DNA of 64,000 nt from assembly GCF_037042905.1 (NCBI RefSeq), contig NC_087251.1, positions 29,018,001 to 29,082,000 of the forward strand, given 5' to 3'. This DNA comes from Lytechinus pictus (taxonomy: Eukaryota). The notes under the pieces were generated by a model. It was not told where the DNA came from and ran no database searches. It saw only the letters and a program-made list of their open reading frames with translations. This document shows positions 1 through 15,000 of this stretch, in pieces. The translations under genes were made by a program, and so were the position numbers. Position 1 is the stretch's first letter. The number at the start of each line of letters is the position of its first letter.

Positions 1-3000
1 ATTTCCCCCGAAACCCCCTCAAATCAGCCGTCTTCGCTCCCTGGGATGTTTTAGCATCCTAACCGATTATTACAGCGAGAATCAAGAGAATCAAGAGGAT
101 CCAGGGAGTTTGAATTTTCGACCCCCTCGCCCCACCCGCGACATGGAAAATTGGGCAAAATTGGCCAAAATTGAGCAAAATAATATTTGTTCAATATTTC
201 CCCCGAAACCCCCCCAAATCAGCCGTCTTCGCTCCCTTGGATGTTTTAGCATCCTAACCGATTATTACAGCGAGAATCAAGAGGATCCAGGGAGTTTGAA
301 TTTTCGACCCCCTCGCCCCACCCGCGACATGGAAAATTGGGCAAAATTTGCCAAAATTGAGCAAAATAATATTTGTTCAATATTTCCCCCGAAACCCCCC
401 GAAATCAGCCGTCTTCGCTCCCTGGAATGTTTTAGCATCCTAACCGATTATTACATCGAGAATCAAGAGGATCCAGGGAGTTTGAATTTTCGACCCCCTC
501 ACCCCACCCACGACATGGAAAATTGGGCAAAATTGGCCAAATAGAGCAAAATAATATTTGTTCAATATTTCCCCCGAAACCCCCCCAAATCAGCCGTCTT
601 CGCTCCCTGGGATGTTTTAGCATCCTAACCGATTATTATAGCGAGAATCAAGAGGTTCCAGGGAGTTTGAATTTTCGACCCCCTCGCCCCACCCGCGACA
701 TGGAAAATTGGGCAAAATTGGCCAAAATTGAGCAAAATAATATTTGTTCAATATTTCCCCCGAAACCCCCCCAAATCAGCCGTCTTCGCTCCCTGGAATG
801 TTTTAGCATCCTAACCGATTATTACATCGAGAATCAAGAGGATCCAGGGAGTTTGAATTTTCGACCCCCTCACCCCACCCACGACATGGAAAATTGGACA
901 AAATTGGCCAAAATTGAGCAAAATAATATTTGTTCAATATTTCCCCCGAAACCCCCCCAAATCAGCCGTCTTCACTCCCTGGGATGTTTTAGCATCCTAA
1001 CCGATTATTACAGCGAGAATCATGAGGATCCAGGGAGTTTGAATTTTTGACCCCCTCGCCCCACCCGCGACATGGAAAATTGGGCAAAATTGGCCAAAAT
1101 TGAGCAAAATAATATTTGTTCAATATTTCCCCCGAAACCCCCCCAAATCAGCCGTCTTTGCTCCCTGGAATGTTTTAGCATCCTTACCGATTATTACAGC
1201 GAGAATCCAGAGGATCCAGAGAGTTTGAATTTTCGACCCCTTCGCCCCACCCACGACATGGAAAATTGGGCAAAATTGGGCAAAATTGAGCAAAATAATA
1301 TTTGTTCAATATTTCCCCCGAAACCCCCTCAAATCAGCCGTCTTCGCTCCCTGGGATGTTTTAGCATCCTAACCGATTATTACAGCGAGAATCAAGAGAA
1401 TCAAGAGGATCCAGGGAGTTTGAATTTTCGACCCCCTCGCCCCACCCGCGACATGGAAAATTGGGCAAATTTGGCCAAAATTGAGCAAAATAATATTTGT
1501 TCAATATTTCCCCCGAAACCCCCCCAAATCAGCCGTCTTCGCTCCCTGGGATGTTTTAGCATCCTAACCGATTATTACAGCGAGAATCAAGAGAATCAAG
1601 AGGATCCAGGGAGTTTGAATTTTCGACCCCCTCGCCCCACCCGCGACATGGAAAATTTGGCAAAATTGGGCAAAATTGGCCAAAATTGAGCAAAATAATA
1701 TTTGTTCAATATTCCCCCCGAAACCCCCCCAAATCAGCCGTCTTCGCTCCCTGGGATGTTTTAGCATCCTAACCGATTATTACAGCGAGAATCAAGAGGA
1801 TCCAGGGAGTTTGAATTTTCGACCCCATTGCCCCACCCGCGACATGGAAAACTGGGCAAAATTGGGCAAAATTGAGCAAAATAATATTTGTTTAATATTT
1901 CCCCCGAAACCCCCCCAAATCAGCCGTCTTCGCTCCCTGGGATGTTTTAGCATCCTAACCGATTATTACAGCGAGAATCAACAGGATCCAAGGAGTTTGA
2001 ATTTTCGACCCCCTTGCCCCACCTGCGGCATGGAAAATTTGGCAAAATTGAGCAAAATAACATTTGTTAAATATTTCCCCCGAAAACCCCCCAAATCAGC
2101 CGTCTTCGCTCCCTGGGATGTTTTAGCATCCTAACCGATTATTACAGCGAGAATCAACAGGATCCAGGGAGTTTGAATTTTCGACCCCCTCGCCCCACCC
2201 GCGACATGGAAAATTGGGCAAAATTGGGCAAAATTGAGCAAAATAATATTTGTTCAATATTTCCCCCGAAACCCCCCCAAATCAGCCGTCTTCGCTCCCT
2301 GGGATGTTTTAGCATCCTAACCGATTATTACAGCGAGAATCAAGAGGATCCAGGGAGTTTGAATTTTCGACCCCCTCGCCCCACCCGCGACATGGAAAAT
2401 TGGGCAAAATTGGCCAAATAGAGCAAAATAATATTTGTTCAATATTTCCCCCGAAACCCCCCCAAATCAGCCGTCTTCGCTCCTTGGGATGTTTTAGCAT
2501 CCTAACCGATTATTACAGCTAGAATCAAGAGGATCCAGGGAGTTTGAATTTTCGACCCCCTCGCTCCACCTGCGACATGGAAAATTTGGCAAAATTTGCC
2601 AAAATTGAGCAAAATAATATTTGTTCAGTATTTCCCCCGAAACTCCCCCAAATCAGCCGTCTTTGCTCCCTGGAATGTTTTAGTATCCTAACCGATTATT
2701 ACAGCGAGAATCAACAGGATCCAGGGGGTTTGAATTTTCGACCCCCTCGCCCCACCCGCGACATGGAAAATTGGGCAAAATTGGCCAAAATTGAGCAAAA
2801 TAATATTTGTTCAATATTCCCCCCGAAACCCCCCCAAATCAGCCGTCTTCGCTCCCTGGGATGTTTTAGCATCCTAACCGATTATTACAGCGAGAATCAA
2901 GAGGATCCAGGGAGTTTGAATTTTCGACCCTATTGCCCCACCCGTGACATGGAAAATTGGGCAAAATTGGCCAAAATTGAGCAAAATAATATTTGTTTAA

Positions 3001-6000
3001 TATTTCCCCCGAAACCCCCCAAATCAGCCGTCTTCGCTCCCTGGGATGTTTTAGCATCCTAACCGATTATTACAGCGAGAATCAACAGGATCCAGGGAGT
3101 TTGAATTTTCGACCCCCTCGCCCCACCCGCGACATGGAAAATTGGGCAAAATTGGCCAAAATTGAGCAAAATAATATTTGTTCAATATTTCCCCCGAAAC
3201 CCCCCCAAATCAGCCGTCTTCGCTCCCTGGGATGTTTTAGCATCCTAACCGATTATTACAGCGAGAATCAAGAGGATCCAGGGAGTTCTAATTTTCGACC
3301 CCCTCGCCCCATCCGCGACATGGAAAATTGGGCAAAATTGGCCAAATAGAGCAAAATAATATTTGTTCAATATTTCCCCCGAAACCCCCCCAAATCAGCC
3401 GTCTTCGCTCCCTGGGATGTTTTAGCATCCTAACCGATTATTACAGCGAGAATCAAGAGGATCCAGGGAGTTTGAATTTTCGACCCCCTCGCCCCACCCG
3501 CGACATGGAAAATTGGGCAAAATTGGCCAAATAGAGCAAAATAATATTTGTTCAATATTTCCCCCGAAACCCCCCCAAATCAGCCGTCTTCGCTCCTTGG
3601 GATGTTTTAGCATCCTAACCGATTATTACAGCTAGAATCAAGAGGATCCAGGGAGTTTAAATTTTCGACCCCCTCGCTCCACCTGCGACATGGAAAATTT
3701 GGCAAAATTTGCCAAAATTGAGCAAAATAATATTTGTTCAGTATTTCCCCCGAAACTCCCCCAAATCAGCCGTCTTTGCTCCCTGGAATGTTTTAGTATC
3801 CTAACCGATTATTACAGCGAGAATCAAGAGAATCAAGAGGATCCAGGGAGTTTGAATTTTCGACCCCCTCGCCCCACCCGCGACATGGAAAATTTGGCAA
3901 AATTGGCCAAAATTGAGCAAAATAATATTTGTTCAATATTTCCCCCGAAACCCCCCCAAATCAGCCGTCTTCGCTCCCTGGGATGTTTTAGCATCCTAAC
4001 CGATTATTACAGCGAGAATCAAGAGGATCCAGGGAGTTTGAATTTTCGACCCCATTGCCCCACCCGCGACATGGAAAATTGGGCAAAATTGAGCAAAATA
4101 ACATTTGTTAAATATTTCCCCCGAAAACCCCCCAAATCAGCCGTCTTCGCTCCCTGGGATGTTTTAGCATCCTAACCGATTATTACAGCGAGAATAAACA
4201 GGATCCAGGGAGTTTGAATTTTCGACCCCCTCGCCCCATCCGCGACATGGAAAATTGGGCAAAATTGGCCAAAATTGAGCAAAATAATATTTGTTCAATA
4301 TTTCCCCCAAAACCCCCCCAAATCAGCCGTCTTCGCTCCCTGGGATGTTTTAGCATCCTAACCGATTATTACAGCGAGAATCAAGAGGATCCAGGGAGTT
4401 TGAATTTTCGACCCCCTCGCCCCACCCGCGACATGGAAAATTGGGCAAAATTGGCCAAATAGAGCAAAATAATATTTGTTCAATATTTCCCCCGAAACCC
4501 CCCCAAATCAGCCGTCTTCGCTCCCTGGGATGTTTTAGCATCCTAACCGATTATTACATCGAGAATCAAGAGGATCCAGGGAGTTTGAATTTTCGACCCC
4601 CTCACCCCACCCATGACATGGAAAATTGGGCAAAATTGGCCAAAATTGAGCAAAATAATATTTGTTCAATATTTCCCCCGAAACCCCCCTAAATCAGCCG
4701 TCTTCACTCCCTGGGATGTTTAAGCATCCTAACCGATTATTACAGCGGGAATCATGAGGATCCAGGGAGTTTGAATTTTCGACCCCCTCGCCCCACCCGC
4801 GACATGGAAAATTGGGCAAAATTGGCCAAATAGAGCAAAATAATATTTGTTCAATATTTCCCCCGAAACCCCCCCAAATCAGCCGTCTTCGCTCCTTGGG
4901 ATGTTTTAGCATCCTAACCGATTATTACAGCTAGAATCAAGAGGATCCAGGGAGTTTGAATTTTCGACCCCCTCGCTCCACCTGCGACATGGAAAATTTG
5001 GCAAAATTTGCCAAAATTGAGCAAAATAATATTTGTTCAGTATTTCCCCCGAAACTCCCCCAAATCAGCCGTCTTTGCTCCCTGGAATGTTTTAGTATCC
5101 TAATCGATTATTACAGCGAGAATCAACAGGATCCAGGGGGTTTGAATTTTCGACCCCCTCGCCCAACCCGCGACATGGAAAATTGGGCAAAATTGGCCAA
5201 AATTGAGCAAAATAATATTTGTTTAATATTTCCCCTGAAACCCCCCCAAATCAGCCGTCTTCGCTCCCTGGGATGTTTTAGCATCCTAACCGATTATTAC
5301 AGCGAGAATCAAGAGAATCAAGAGGATCCAGGGAGTTTGAATTTTCGACCCCCTCGCCCCACCCGCGACATGGAAAATTTGGCAAAATTGGCCAAAATTG
5401 AGCAAAATAATATTTGTTCAATATTTCCCCCGAAACCCCCCCAAATCAGCCGTCTTCGCTCCCTGGGATGTTTTAGAATCCTAACCGATTATTACAGCGA
5501 GAATCAAGAGGATCCAGGGAGTTTGAATTTTCGACCCCATTGCCCCACCCGCGACATGGAAAATTGGGCAAAATTGAGCAAAATAACATTTGTTAAATAT
5601 TTCCCCCGAAAACCCCCCAAATCAGCCGTCTTCGCTCCCTGGGATGTTTTAGCATCCTAACCGATTATTACAGCGAGAATAAACAGGATCCAGGGAGTTT
5701 GAATTTTCGACCCCCTCGCCCCACCCGCGACATGGAAAATTGGGCAAAATTGGCCAAAATTGAGCAAAATAATATTTGTTCAATATTTCCCCCAAAACCC
5801 CCCCAAATCAGCCGTCTTCGCTCCCTGGGATGTTTTAGCATCCTAACCGATTATTACAGCGAGAATCAAGAGGATCCAGGGAGTTTGAATTTTCGACCCC
5901 CTCGCCCCACCCGCGACATGGAAAATTGGGCAAAATTGGCCAAATAGAGCAAAATAATATTTGTTCAATATTTCCCCCGAAACCCCCCCAAATCAGCCGT

Positions 6001-9000
6001 CTTCGCTCCCTGGGATGTTTTAGCATCCTAACCGATTATTATAGCGAGAATCAAGAGGTTCCAGGGAGTTTGAATTTTCGACCCCCTCGCCCCACCCGCG
6101 ACATGGAAAATTGGGCAAAATTTGCCAAAATTGAGCAAAATAATAATTGTTCAATATTTCCCCCGAAACCCCCCCCAAATCAGCCGTCTTCACTCCCTGG
6201 GATGTTTAAACATCCTAACCGATTATAACAGCGAGAATCAAGAGGATCCAGGGAGTTTGAATTTTCGACCCCATTGCCCCACCCGCGACATGGAAAATTG
6301 GGCAAAATTTGCCAAAATTGAGCAAAATAATATTTGTTCAATATTTCCCCCGAAACCCCCCCAAATCAGCCGTCTTCACTCCCTGGGATGTTTTAGCATC
6401 CTAACCGATTATTACAGCGAGAATCAACAGGATCCAGGGAGTTTGAATTTTCGACCCCCTCGCCCCACCCGCGACATGGAAAATTGGGCAAAATTGGCCA
6501 AACTTGAGCAAAATAATATTTGTTCAATATTACCCCCGAAACCCCCCCAAATCAGCCGTCTTCGCTCCCTGGGATGTTTTAGCATCCTAACAGATTATTA
6601 CAGCGAGAATCAAGAGGATCCAGGGAGTTTGAATTTTCGACCCCCTCGCCCCATCCGCGACATGGAAAATTGGGCAAAATTGGCCAAAATTGAGCAAAAT
6701 AATATTTGTTCAATATTTCCCCCGAAACCCCCCCAAATCAGCCGTCTTCGCTCCCTGGGATGTTTTAGCATCCTAACCGATTATTACAGCGAGAATCAAG
6801 AGGATCCAGGGAGTTTGAATTTTCGACCCCCTCGCCCCACCCGCGACATGGAAAATTGGGCAAAATTGGCCAAAATTGAGCAAAATAATATTTGTTCAAT
6901 ATTTCCCCCGAAACCCCCCCAAATCAGCCGTCTTCACTCCCTGGGATGTTTTAGCATCCTAACCGATTATTACAGCGAGAATCAAGAGGATCCAGGGAGT
7001 TTGAATTTTCGACCCCATTGCCCCACCCGCGACATGGAAAATTGGGCAAAATTTGCCAAAATTGAGCAAAATAATATTTGTTCAATATTTCCCCCGAAAC
7101 CCCCCAAATCAGCCGTCTTCACTCCCTGGGATGTTTTCGCATCCTAACCGATTATTACAGCGAGAATAAAGAGGATCCAGGGAGTTTGAATTTTCGACCC
7201 CATTGCCCCACCCGCGACATGGAAAATTGGGCAAAATTTGCCAAAATTGAGCAAAATAATATTTGTTCAATATTTCCCCCGAAACACCCCCAAATCAGCC
7301 GTCTTCGCTCCCTGGGATATTTTAGCATCCTAACCGATTATTACAGCGAGAATCAAGAGAATCAAGAGGATCCAGGGAGTTTGAATTTTCGACCCCCTCG
7401 CCCCACCCGCGACATGGAAAATTGGGCAAATTTGGCCAAAATTGAGCAAAATAATATTTGTTCAATATTTCCCCCGAAACCCCCCCAAATCAGCCGTCTT
7501 CGCTCCCTGGGATGTTTTAGCATCCTAACCGATTATTACAGCGAGAATCAAGAGAATCAAGAGGATCCAGGGAGTTTGAATTTTCGACCCCCTCGCCCCA
7601 CCCGCGACATGGAAAATTTGGCAAAATTGGGCAAAATTGGCCAAAATTGAGCAAAATAATATTTGTTCAATATTCCCCCCGAAACCCCCCCAAATCAGCC
7701 GTCTTCGCTCCCTGGGATGTTTTAGCATCCTAACCGATTATTACAGCGAGAATCAAGAGGATCCAGGGAGTTTGAATTTTCGACCCCATTGCCCCACCCG
7801 CGACATGGAAAATTGGGCAAAATTTGCCAAAATTGAGCAAAATAATATTTGTTCAATATTTCCCCCGAAACCCCCCCAAATCAGCCGTCTTCGCTCCCTG
7901 GGATATTTTAGCATCCTAACCGATTATTACAGCGAGAATCAAGAGAATCAAGAGGATCCAGGGAGTTTGAATTTTCGACCCCCTCGCCCCACCCGCGACA
8001 TGGAAAATTTGGCAAAATTGGCCAAAATTGAGCAAAATAATATTTGTTCAATATTTCCCCCGAAACCCCCCCAAATCAGCCGTCTTCGCTCCCTGGGATG
8101 TTTTAGCATCCTAACCGATTATTACAGCGAGAATCAAGAGGATCCAGGGAGTTTGAATTTTCGACCCCATTGCCCCACCCGCGACATGGAAAATTGGGCA
8201 AAATTGAGCAAAATAACATTTGTTAAATATTTCCCCCGAAAACCCCCCAAATCAGCCGTCTTCGCTCCCTGGGATGTTTTAGCATCCTAACCGATTATTA
8301 CAGCGAGAATAAACAGGATCCAGGGAGTTTGAATTTTCGACCCCCTCGCCCCACCCGCGACATGGAAAATTGGGCAAAATTGGCCAAAATTGAGCAAAAT
8401 AATATTTGTTCAATATTTCCCCCAAAACCCCCCCAAATCAGCCGTCTTCGCTCCCTGGGATGTTTTAGCATCCTAACCGATTATTACAGCGAGAATCAAG
8501 AGGATCCAGGGAGTTTGAATTTTCGACCCCCTCGCCCCACCCGCGACATGGAAAATTGGGCAAAATTGGCCAAATAGAGCAAAATAATATTTGTTCAATA
8601 TTTCCCCCGAAACCCCCCCAAATCAGCCGTCTTCGCTCCCTGGGATGTTTTAGCATCCTAACCGATTATTATAGCGAGAATCAAGAGGTTCCAGGGAGTT
8701 TGAATTTTCGACCCCCTCGCCCCACCCGCGACATGGAAAATTGGGCAAAATTGGCCAAAATTGAGCAAAATAATATTTGTTCAATATTTCCCCCGAAACC
8801 CCCCCAAATCAGCCGTCTTTGCTCCCTGGAATGTTTTAGCATCCTTACCGATTATTACAGCGAGAATCCAGAGGATCAAGAGAGTTTGAATTTTCGACCC
8901 CTTCGCCCCACCCACGACATGGAAAATTGGGCAAAATTGAGCAAAATAATATTTGTTCAATATTTCCCCCGAAACCCCCTCAAATCAGCCGTCTTCGCTC

Positions 9001-12000
9001 CCTGGGATGTTTTAGCATCCTAACAGATTATTACAGCGAGAATCAAGAGAATCAAGAGGATCCAGGGAGTTTGAATTTTCGACCCCCTCGCCCCACCCGC
9101 GACATGGAAAATTGGGCAAAATTTGCCAAAATTGAGCAAAATAATAATTGTTCAATATTTCCCCCGAAACCCCCCCAAATCAGCCGTCTTCACTCCCTGG
9201 GATGTTTAAACATCCTAACCGATTATAACAGCGAGAATCAAGAGGATCCAGGGAGTTTGAATTTTCGACACCATTGCCCCACCCGCGACATGGAAAATTG
9301 GGCAAAATTTGCCAAAATTGAGCAAAATAATATTTGTTCAATATTTCCCCAGAAACCCCCCAAATCAGCCGTCTTCACTCCCTGGGATGTTTTAGCATCC
9401 TAACCGATTATTACAGCGAGAATCAAGAGGATCCAGGGAGTTTGAATTTTCGACCCCATTGCCCCACCCGCGACATGGAAAATTGGGCAAAATTTGCCAA
9501 AATTGAGCAAAATAATATTTGTTCAATATTTCCCCCGAAACACCCCCAAATCAGCCGTCTTCGCTCCCTGGGATATTTTAGCATCCTAACCGATTATTAC
9601 AGCGAGAATCAAGAGAATCAAGAGGATCCAGGGAGTTTGAATTTTCGACCCCCTCGCCCCACCCGCGACATGGAAAATTGGGCAAATTTGGCCAAAATTG
9701 AGCAAAATAATATTTGTTCAATATTTCCCCCGAAACCCCCCCAAATCAGCCGTCTTCGCTCCCTGGGATGTTTTAGCATCCTAACCGATTATTACAGCGA
9801 GAATCAAGAGAATCAAGAGGATCCAGGGAGTTTGAATTTTCGACCCCCTCGCCCCACCCGCGACATGGAAAATTTGGCAAAATTGGCCAAAATTGAGCAA
9901 AATAATATTTGTTCAATATTCCCCCCGAAACCCCCCCAAATCAGCCGTCTTCGCTCCCTGGGATGTTTTAGCATCCTAACCGATTATTACAGCGAGAATC
10001 AAGAGGATCCAGGGAGTTTGAATTTTCGACCCCATTGCCCCACCCGCGACATGGAAAATTGGGCAAAATTTGCCAAAATTGAGCAAAATAATATTTGTTC
10101 AATATTTCCCCCGAAACCCCCCCAAATCAGCCGTCTTCGCTCCCTGGGATATTTTAGCATCCTAACCGATTATTACAGCGAGAATCAAGAGAATCAAGAG
10201 GATCCAGGGAGTTTGAATTTTCGACCCCCTCGCCCCACCCGCGACATGGAAAATTGGGCAAAATTGGCCAAAATTGAGCAAAATAATATTTGTTCAATAT
10301 TTCCCCCGAAACCCCCCCAAATCAGCCGTCTTCACTCCCTGGGATGTTTTAGCATCCTAACCGATTATTACAGCGAGAATCATGAGGATCCAGGGAGTTT
10401 GAATTTTTGACCCCCTCGCCCCACCCGCGACATGGAAAATTGGGCAAAATTGGGCAAAATTGAGCAAAATAATATTTGTTTAATATTTCCCCCGAAACCC
10501 CCCCAAATCAGCCGTCTTCGCTCCCTGGGATGTTTTAGCATCCTAACCGATTATTACAGCGAGAATCAACAGGATCCAGGGAGTTTGAATTTTCGACCCC
10601 CTTGCCCCACCTGCGGCATGGAAAATTGGGCAAAATTGGCCAAAATTGAGCAAAATAACTTTTGTTAAATATTTCCCCCGAAAACCCCCCAAATCAGCCG
10701 TCTTCGCTCCCTGGGATGTTTTAGCATCCTAACCGATTATTACAGCGAGAATCAACAGGATCCAGGGAGTTTGAATTTTCGACCCCCTCGCCCCACCCGC
10801 GACATGGAAAATTGGGCAAAATTGGCCAAAATTGAGCAAAATAATATTTGTTCAATATTTCCCCCGAAACCCCCCCAAATCAGCCGTCTTCGCTCCCTGG
10901 GATGTTTTAGCATCCTAACCGATTATTACAGCGAGAATCAAGAGGATCCAGGGAGTTTGAATTTTCGACCCCATTGCCCCACCCGCGACATGGAAAATTG
11001 GGCAAAATTTGCCAAAATTGAGCAAAATAATATTTGTTCAATATTTCCCCCGAAACCCCCCCAAATCAGCCGTCTTCGCTCCCTGGGATATTTTAGCATC
11101 CTAACCGATTATTACAGTCGGAAAATCAAGAGAATCAAGAGGATCCAGGGAGTTTGAATTTTCGACCCCCTCGCCCCACCCGCGACATGGAAAATTTGGC
11201 AAAATTGGCCAAAATTGAGCAAAATAATATTTGTTCAATATTTCCCCCGAAACCCCCCCAAATCAGCCGTCTTCGCTCCCTGGGATGTTTTAGCATCCTA
11301 ACCGATTATTACAGCGAGAATCAAGAGGATCCAGGGAGTTTGAATTTTCGACCCCATTGCCCCACCCGCGACATGGAAAATTGGGCAAAATTGAGCAAAA
11401 TAACATTTGTTAAATATTTCCCCCGAAAACCCCCCAAATCAGCCGTCTTCGCTCCCTGGGATGTTTTAGCATCCTAACCGATTATTACAGCGAGAATAAA
11501 CAGGATCCAGGGAGTTTGAATATTCGACCCCCTCGCCCCACCCGCGACATGGAAAATTGGGCAAAATTGGCCAAAATTGAGCAAAATAATATTTGTTCAA
11601 TATTTCCCCCAAAACCCCCCCAAATCAGCCGTCTTCGCTCCCTGGGATGTTTTAGCATCCTAACCGATTATTACAGCGAGAATCAAGAGGATCCAGGGAG
11701 TTTGAATTTTCGACCCCCTCGCCCCACCCGCGACATGGAAAATTGGGCAAAATTGGCCAAATAGAGCAAAATAATATTTGTTCAATATTTCCCCCGAAAC
11801 CCCCCCAAATCAGCCGTCTTCGCTCCCTGGGATGTTTTAGCATCCTAACCGATTATTATAGCGAGAATCAAGAGGTTCCAGGGAGTTTGAATTTTCGACC
11901 CCCTCGCCCCACCCGCGACATGGAAAATTGGGCAAAATTGGCCAAAATTGAGCAAAATAATATTTGTTCAATATTTCCCCCGAAACCCCCCCAAATCAGC

Positions 12001-15000
12001 CGTCTTTGCTCCCTGGAATGTTTTAGCATCCTTACCGATTATTACAGCGAGAATCCAGAGGATCAAGAGAGTTTGAATTTTCGACCCCTTCGCCCCACCC
12101 ACGACATGGAAAATTGGGCAAAATTGAGCAAAATAATATTTGTTCAATATTTCCCCCGAAACCCCCTCAAATCAGCCGTCTTCGCTCCCTGGGATGTTTT
12201 AGCATCCTAACAGATTATTACAGCGAAAATCAAGAGAATCAAGAGGATCCAGGGAGTTTGAATTTTCGACCCCCTCGCCCCACCCGCGACATGGAAAATT
12301 GGGCAAAATTTGCCAAAATTGAGCAAAATAATAATTGTTCAATATTTCCCCCGAAACCCCCCCAAATCAGCCGTCTTCACTCCCTGGGATGTTTAAACAT
12401 CCTAACCGATTATAACAGCGAGAATCAAGAGGATCCAGGGAGTTTGAATTTTCGACCCCATTGCCCCACCCGCGACATGGAAAATTGGGCAAAATTTGCC
12501 AAAATTGAGCAAAATAATATTTGTTCAATATTTCCCCCGAAACCCCCCCAAATCAGCCGTCTTCACTCCCTGGGATGTTTTAGCATCCTAACCGATTATT
12601 ACAGCGAGAATCAACAGGATCCAGGGAGTTTGAATTTTCGACCCCCTCGCCCCACCCGCGACATGGAAAATTGGGCAAAATTGGCCAAACTTGAGCAAAA
12701 TAATATTTGTTCAATATTTCCCCCGAAACCCCCCCAAATCAGCCGTCTTCGCTCCCTGGGATGTTTTAGCATCCTAACAGATTATTACAGCGAGAATCAA
12801 GAGGATCCAGGGAGTTTGAATTTTCGACCCCCTCGCCCCATCCGCGACATGGAAAATTGGGCAAAATTGGCCAAAATTGAGCAAAATAATATTTGTTCAA
12901 TATTTCCCCCGAAACCCCCCCAAATCAGCCGTCTTCGCTCCCTGGGATGTTTTAGCATCCTAACCGATTATTACAGCGAGAATCAAGAGGATCCAGGGAG
13001 TTTGAATTTTCGACCCCCTCGCCCCACCCGCGACATGGAAAATTGGGCAAAATTTGCCAAAATTGAGCAAAATAATATTTGTTCAATATTTCCCCCGAAA
13101 CCCCCCCAAATCAGCCGTCTTCACTCCCTGGGATGTTTTAGCATCCTAACCGATTATTACAGCGAGAATCAAGAGGATCCAGGGAGTTTGAATTTTCGAC
13201 CCCATTGCCCCACCCGCGACATGGAAAATTGGGCAAAATTTGCCAAAATTGAGCAAAATAATATTTGTTCAATATTTCCCCCGAAACCCCCCAAATCAGC
13301 CGTCTTCACTCCCTGGGATGTTTTAGCATCCTAACCGATTATTACAGCGAGAATCAAGAGGATCCAGGGAGTTTGAATTTTCGACCCCATTGCCCCACCC
13401 GCGACATGGAAAATTGGGCAAAATTTGCCAAAATTGAGCAAAATAATATTTGTTCAATATTTCCCCCGAAACACCCCCAAATCAGCCGTCTTCGCTCCCT
13501 GGGATATTTTAGCATCCTAACCGATTATTACAGCGAGAATCAAGAGAATCAAGAGGATCCAGGGAGTTTGAATTTTCGACCCCCTCGCCCCACCCGCGAC
13601 ATGGAAAATTGGGCAAATTTGGCCAAAATTGAGCAAAATAATATTTGTTCAATATTTCCCCCGAAACCCCCCCAAATCAGCCGTCTTCGCTCCCTGGGAT
13701 GTTTTAGCATCCTAACCGATTATTACAGCGAGAATCAAGAGAATCAAGAGGATCCAGGGAGTTTGAATTTTCGACCCCCTCGCCCCACCCGCGACATGGA
13801 AAATTTGGCAAAATTGGGCAAAATTGGCCAAAATTGAGCAAAATAATATTTGTTCAATATTCCCCCCAAAACCCCCCCAAATCAGCCGTCTTCGCTCCCT
13901 GGGATGTTTTAGCATCCTAACCGATTATTACAGCGAGAATCAAGAGAAACAAGAGGATCCAGGGAGTTTGAATTTTCGACCCCATTGCCCCACCCGCGAC
14001 ATGGAAAATTGGGCAAAATTTGCCAAAATTGAGCAAAATAATATTTGTTCAATATTTCCCCCGAAACCCCCCCAAATCAGCCGTCTTCGCTCCCTGGGAT
14101 ATTTTAGCATCCTAACCGATTATTACAGCGAGAATCAAGAGAATCAAGAGGATCCAGGGAGTTTGAATTTTCGACCCCCTCGCCCCACCCGCGACATGGA
14201 AAATTGGGCAAAATTGGCCAAAATTGAGCAAAATAATATTTGTTCAATATTTCCCCCGAAACCCCCCCAAATCAGCCGTCTTCACTCCCTGGGATGTTTT
14301 AGCATCCTAACCGATTATTACAGCGAGAATCATGAGGATCCAGGGAGTTTGAATTTTTGACCCCCTCGCCCCACCCGCGACATGGAAAATTGGGCAAAAT
14401 TGGGCAAAATTGAGCAAAATAATATTTGTTTAATATTTCCCCCGAAACCCCCCCAAATCAGCCGTCTTCGCTCCCTGGGATGTTTTAGCATCCTAACCGA
14501 TTATTACAGCGAGAATCAACAGGATCCAGGGAGTTTGAATTTTCGACCCCCTTGCCCCACCTGCGGCATGGAAAATTGGGCAAAATTGGCCAAAATTGAG
14601 CAAAATAACATTTGTTAAATATTTCCCCCGAAAACCCCCCAAATCAGCCGTCTTCGCTCCCTGGGATGTTTTAGCATCCTAACCGATTATTACAGCGAGA
14701 ATCAACAGGATCCAGGGAGTTTGAATTTTCGACCCCCTCGCCCCACCCGCGACATGGAAAATTGGGCAAAATTGGCCAAAATTGAGCAAAATAATATTTG
14801 TTCAATATTTCCCCCGAAACCCCCCCAAATCAGCCGTCTTTGCTCCCTGGGATGTTTTAGCATCCTAACCGATTATTACAGCGAGAATCAAGAGGATCCA
14901 GGGAGTTTGAATTTTCGACCCCCTCGCCCCACCCGCGACATGGAAAATTGGGCAAAATTGGCCAAATAGAGCAAAATAATATTTGTTCAATATTTCCCCC

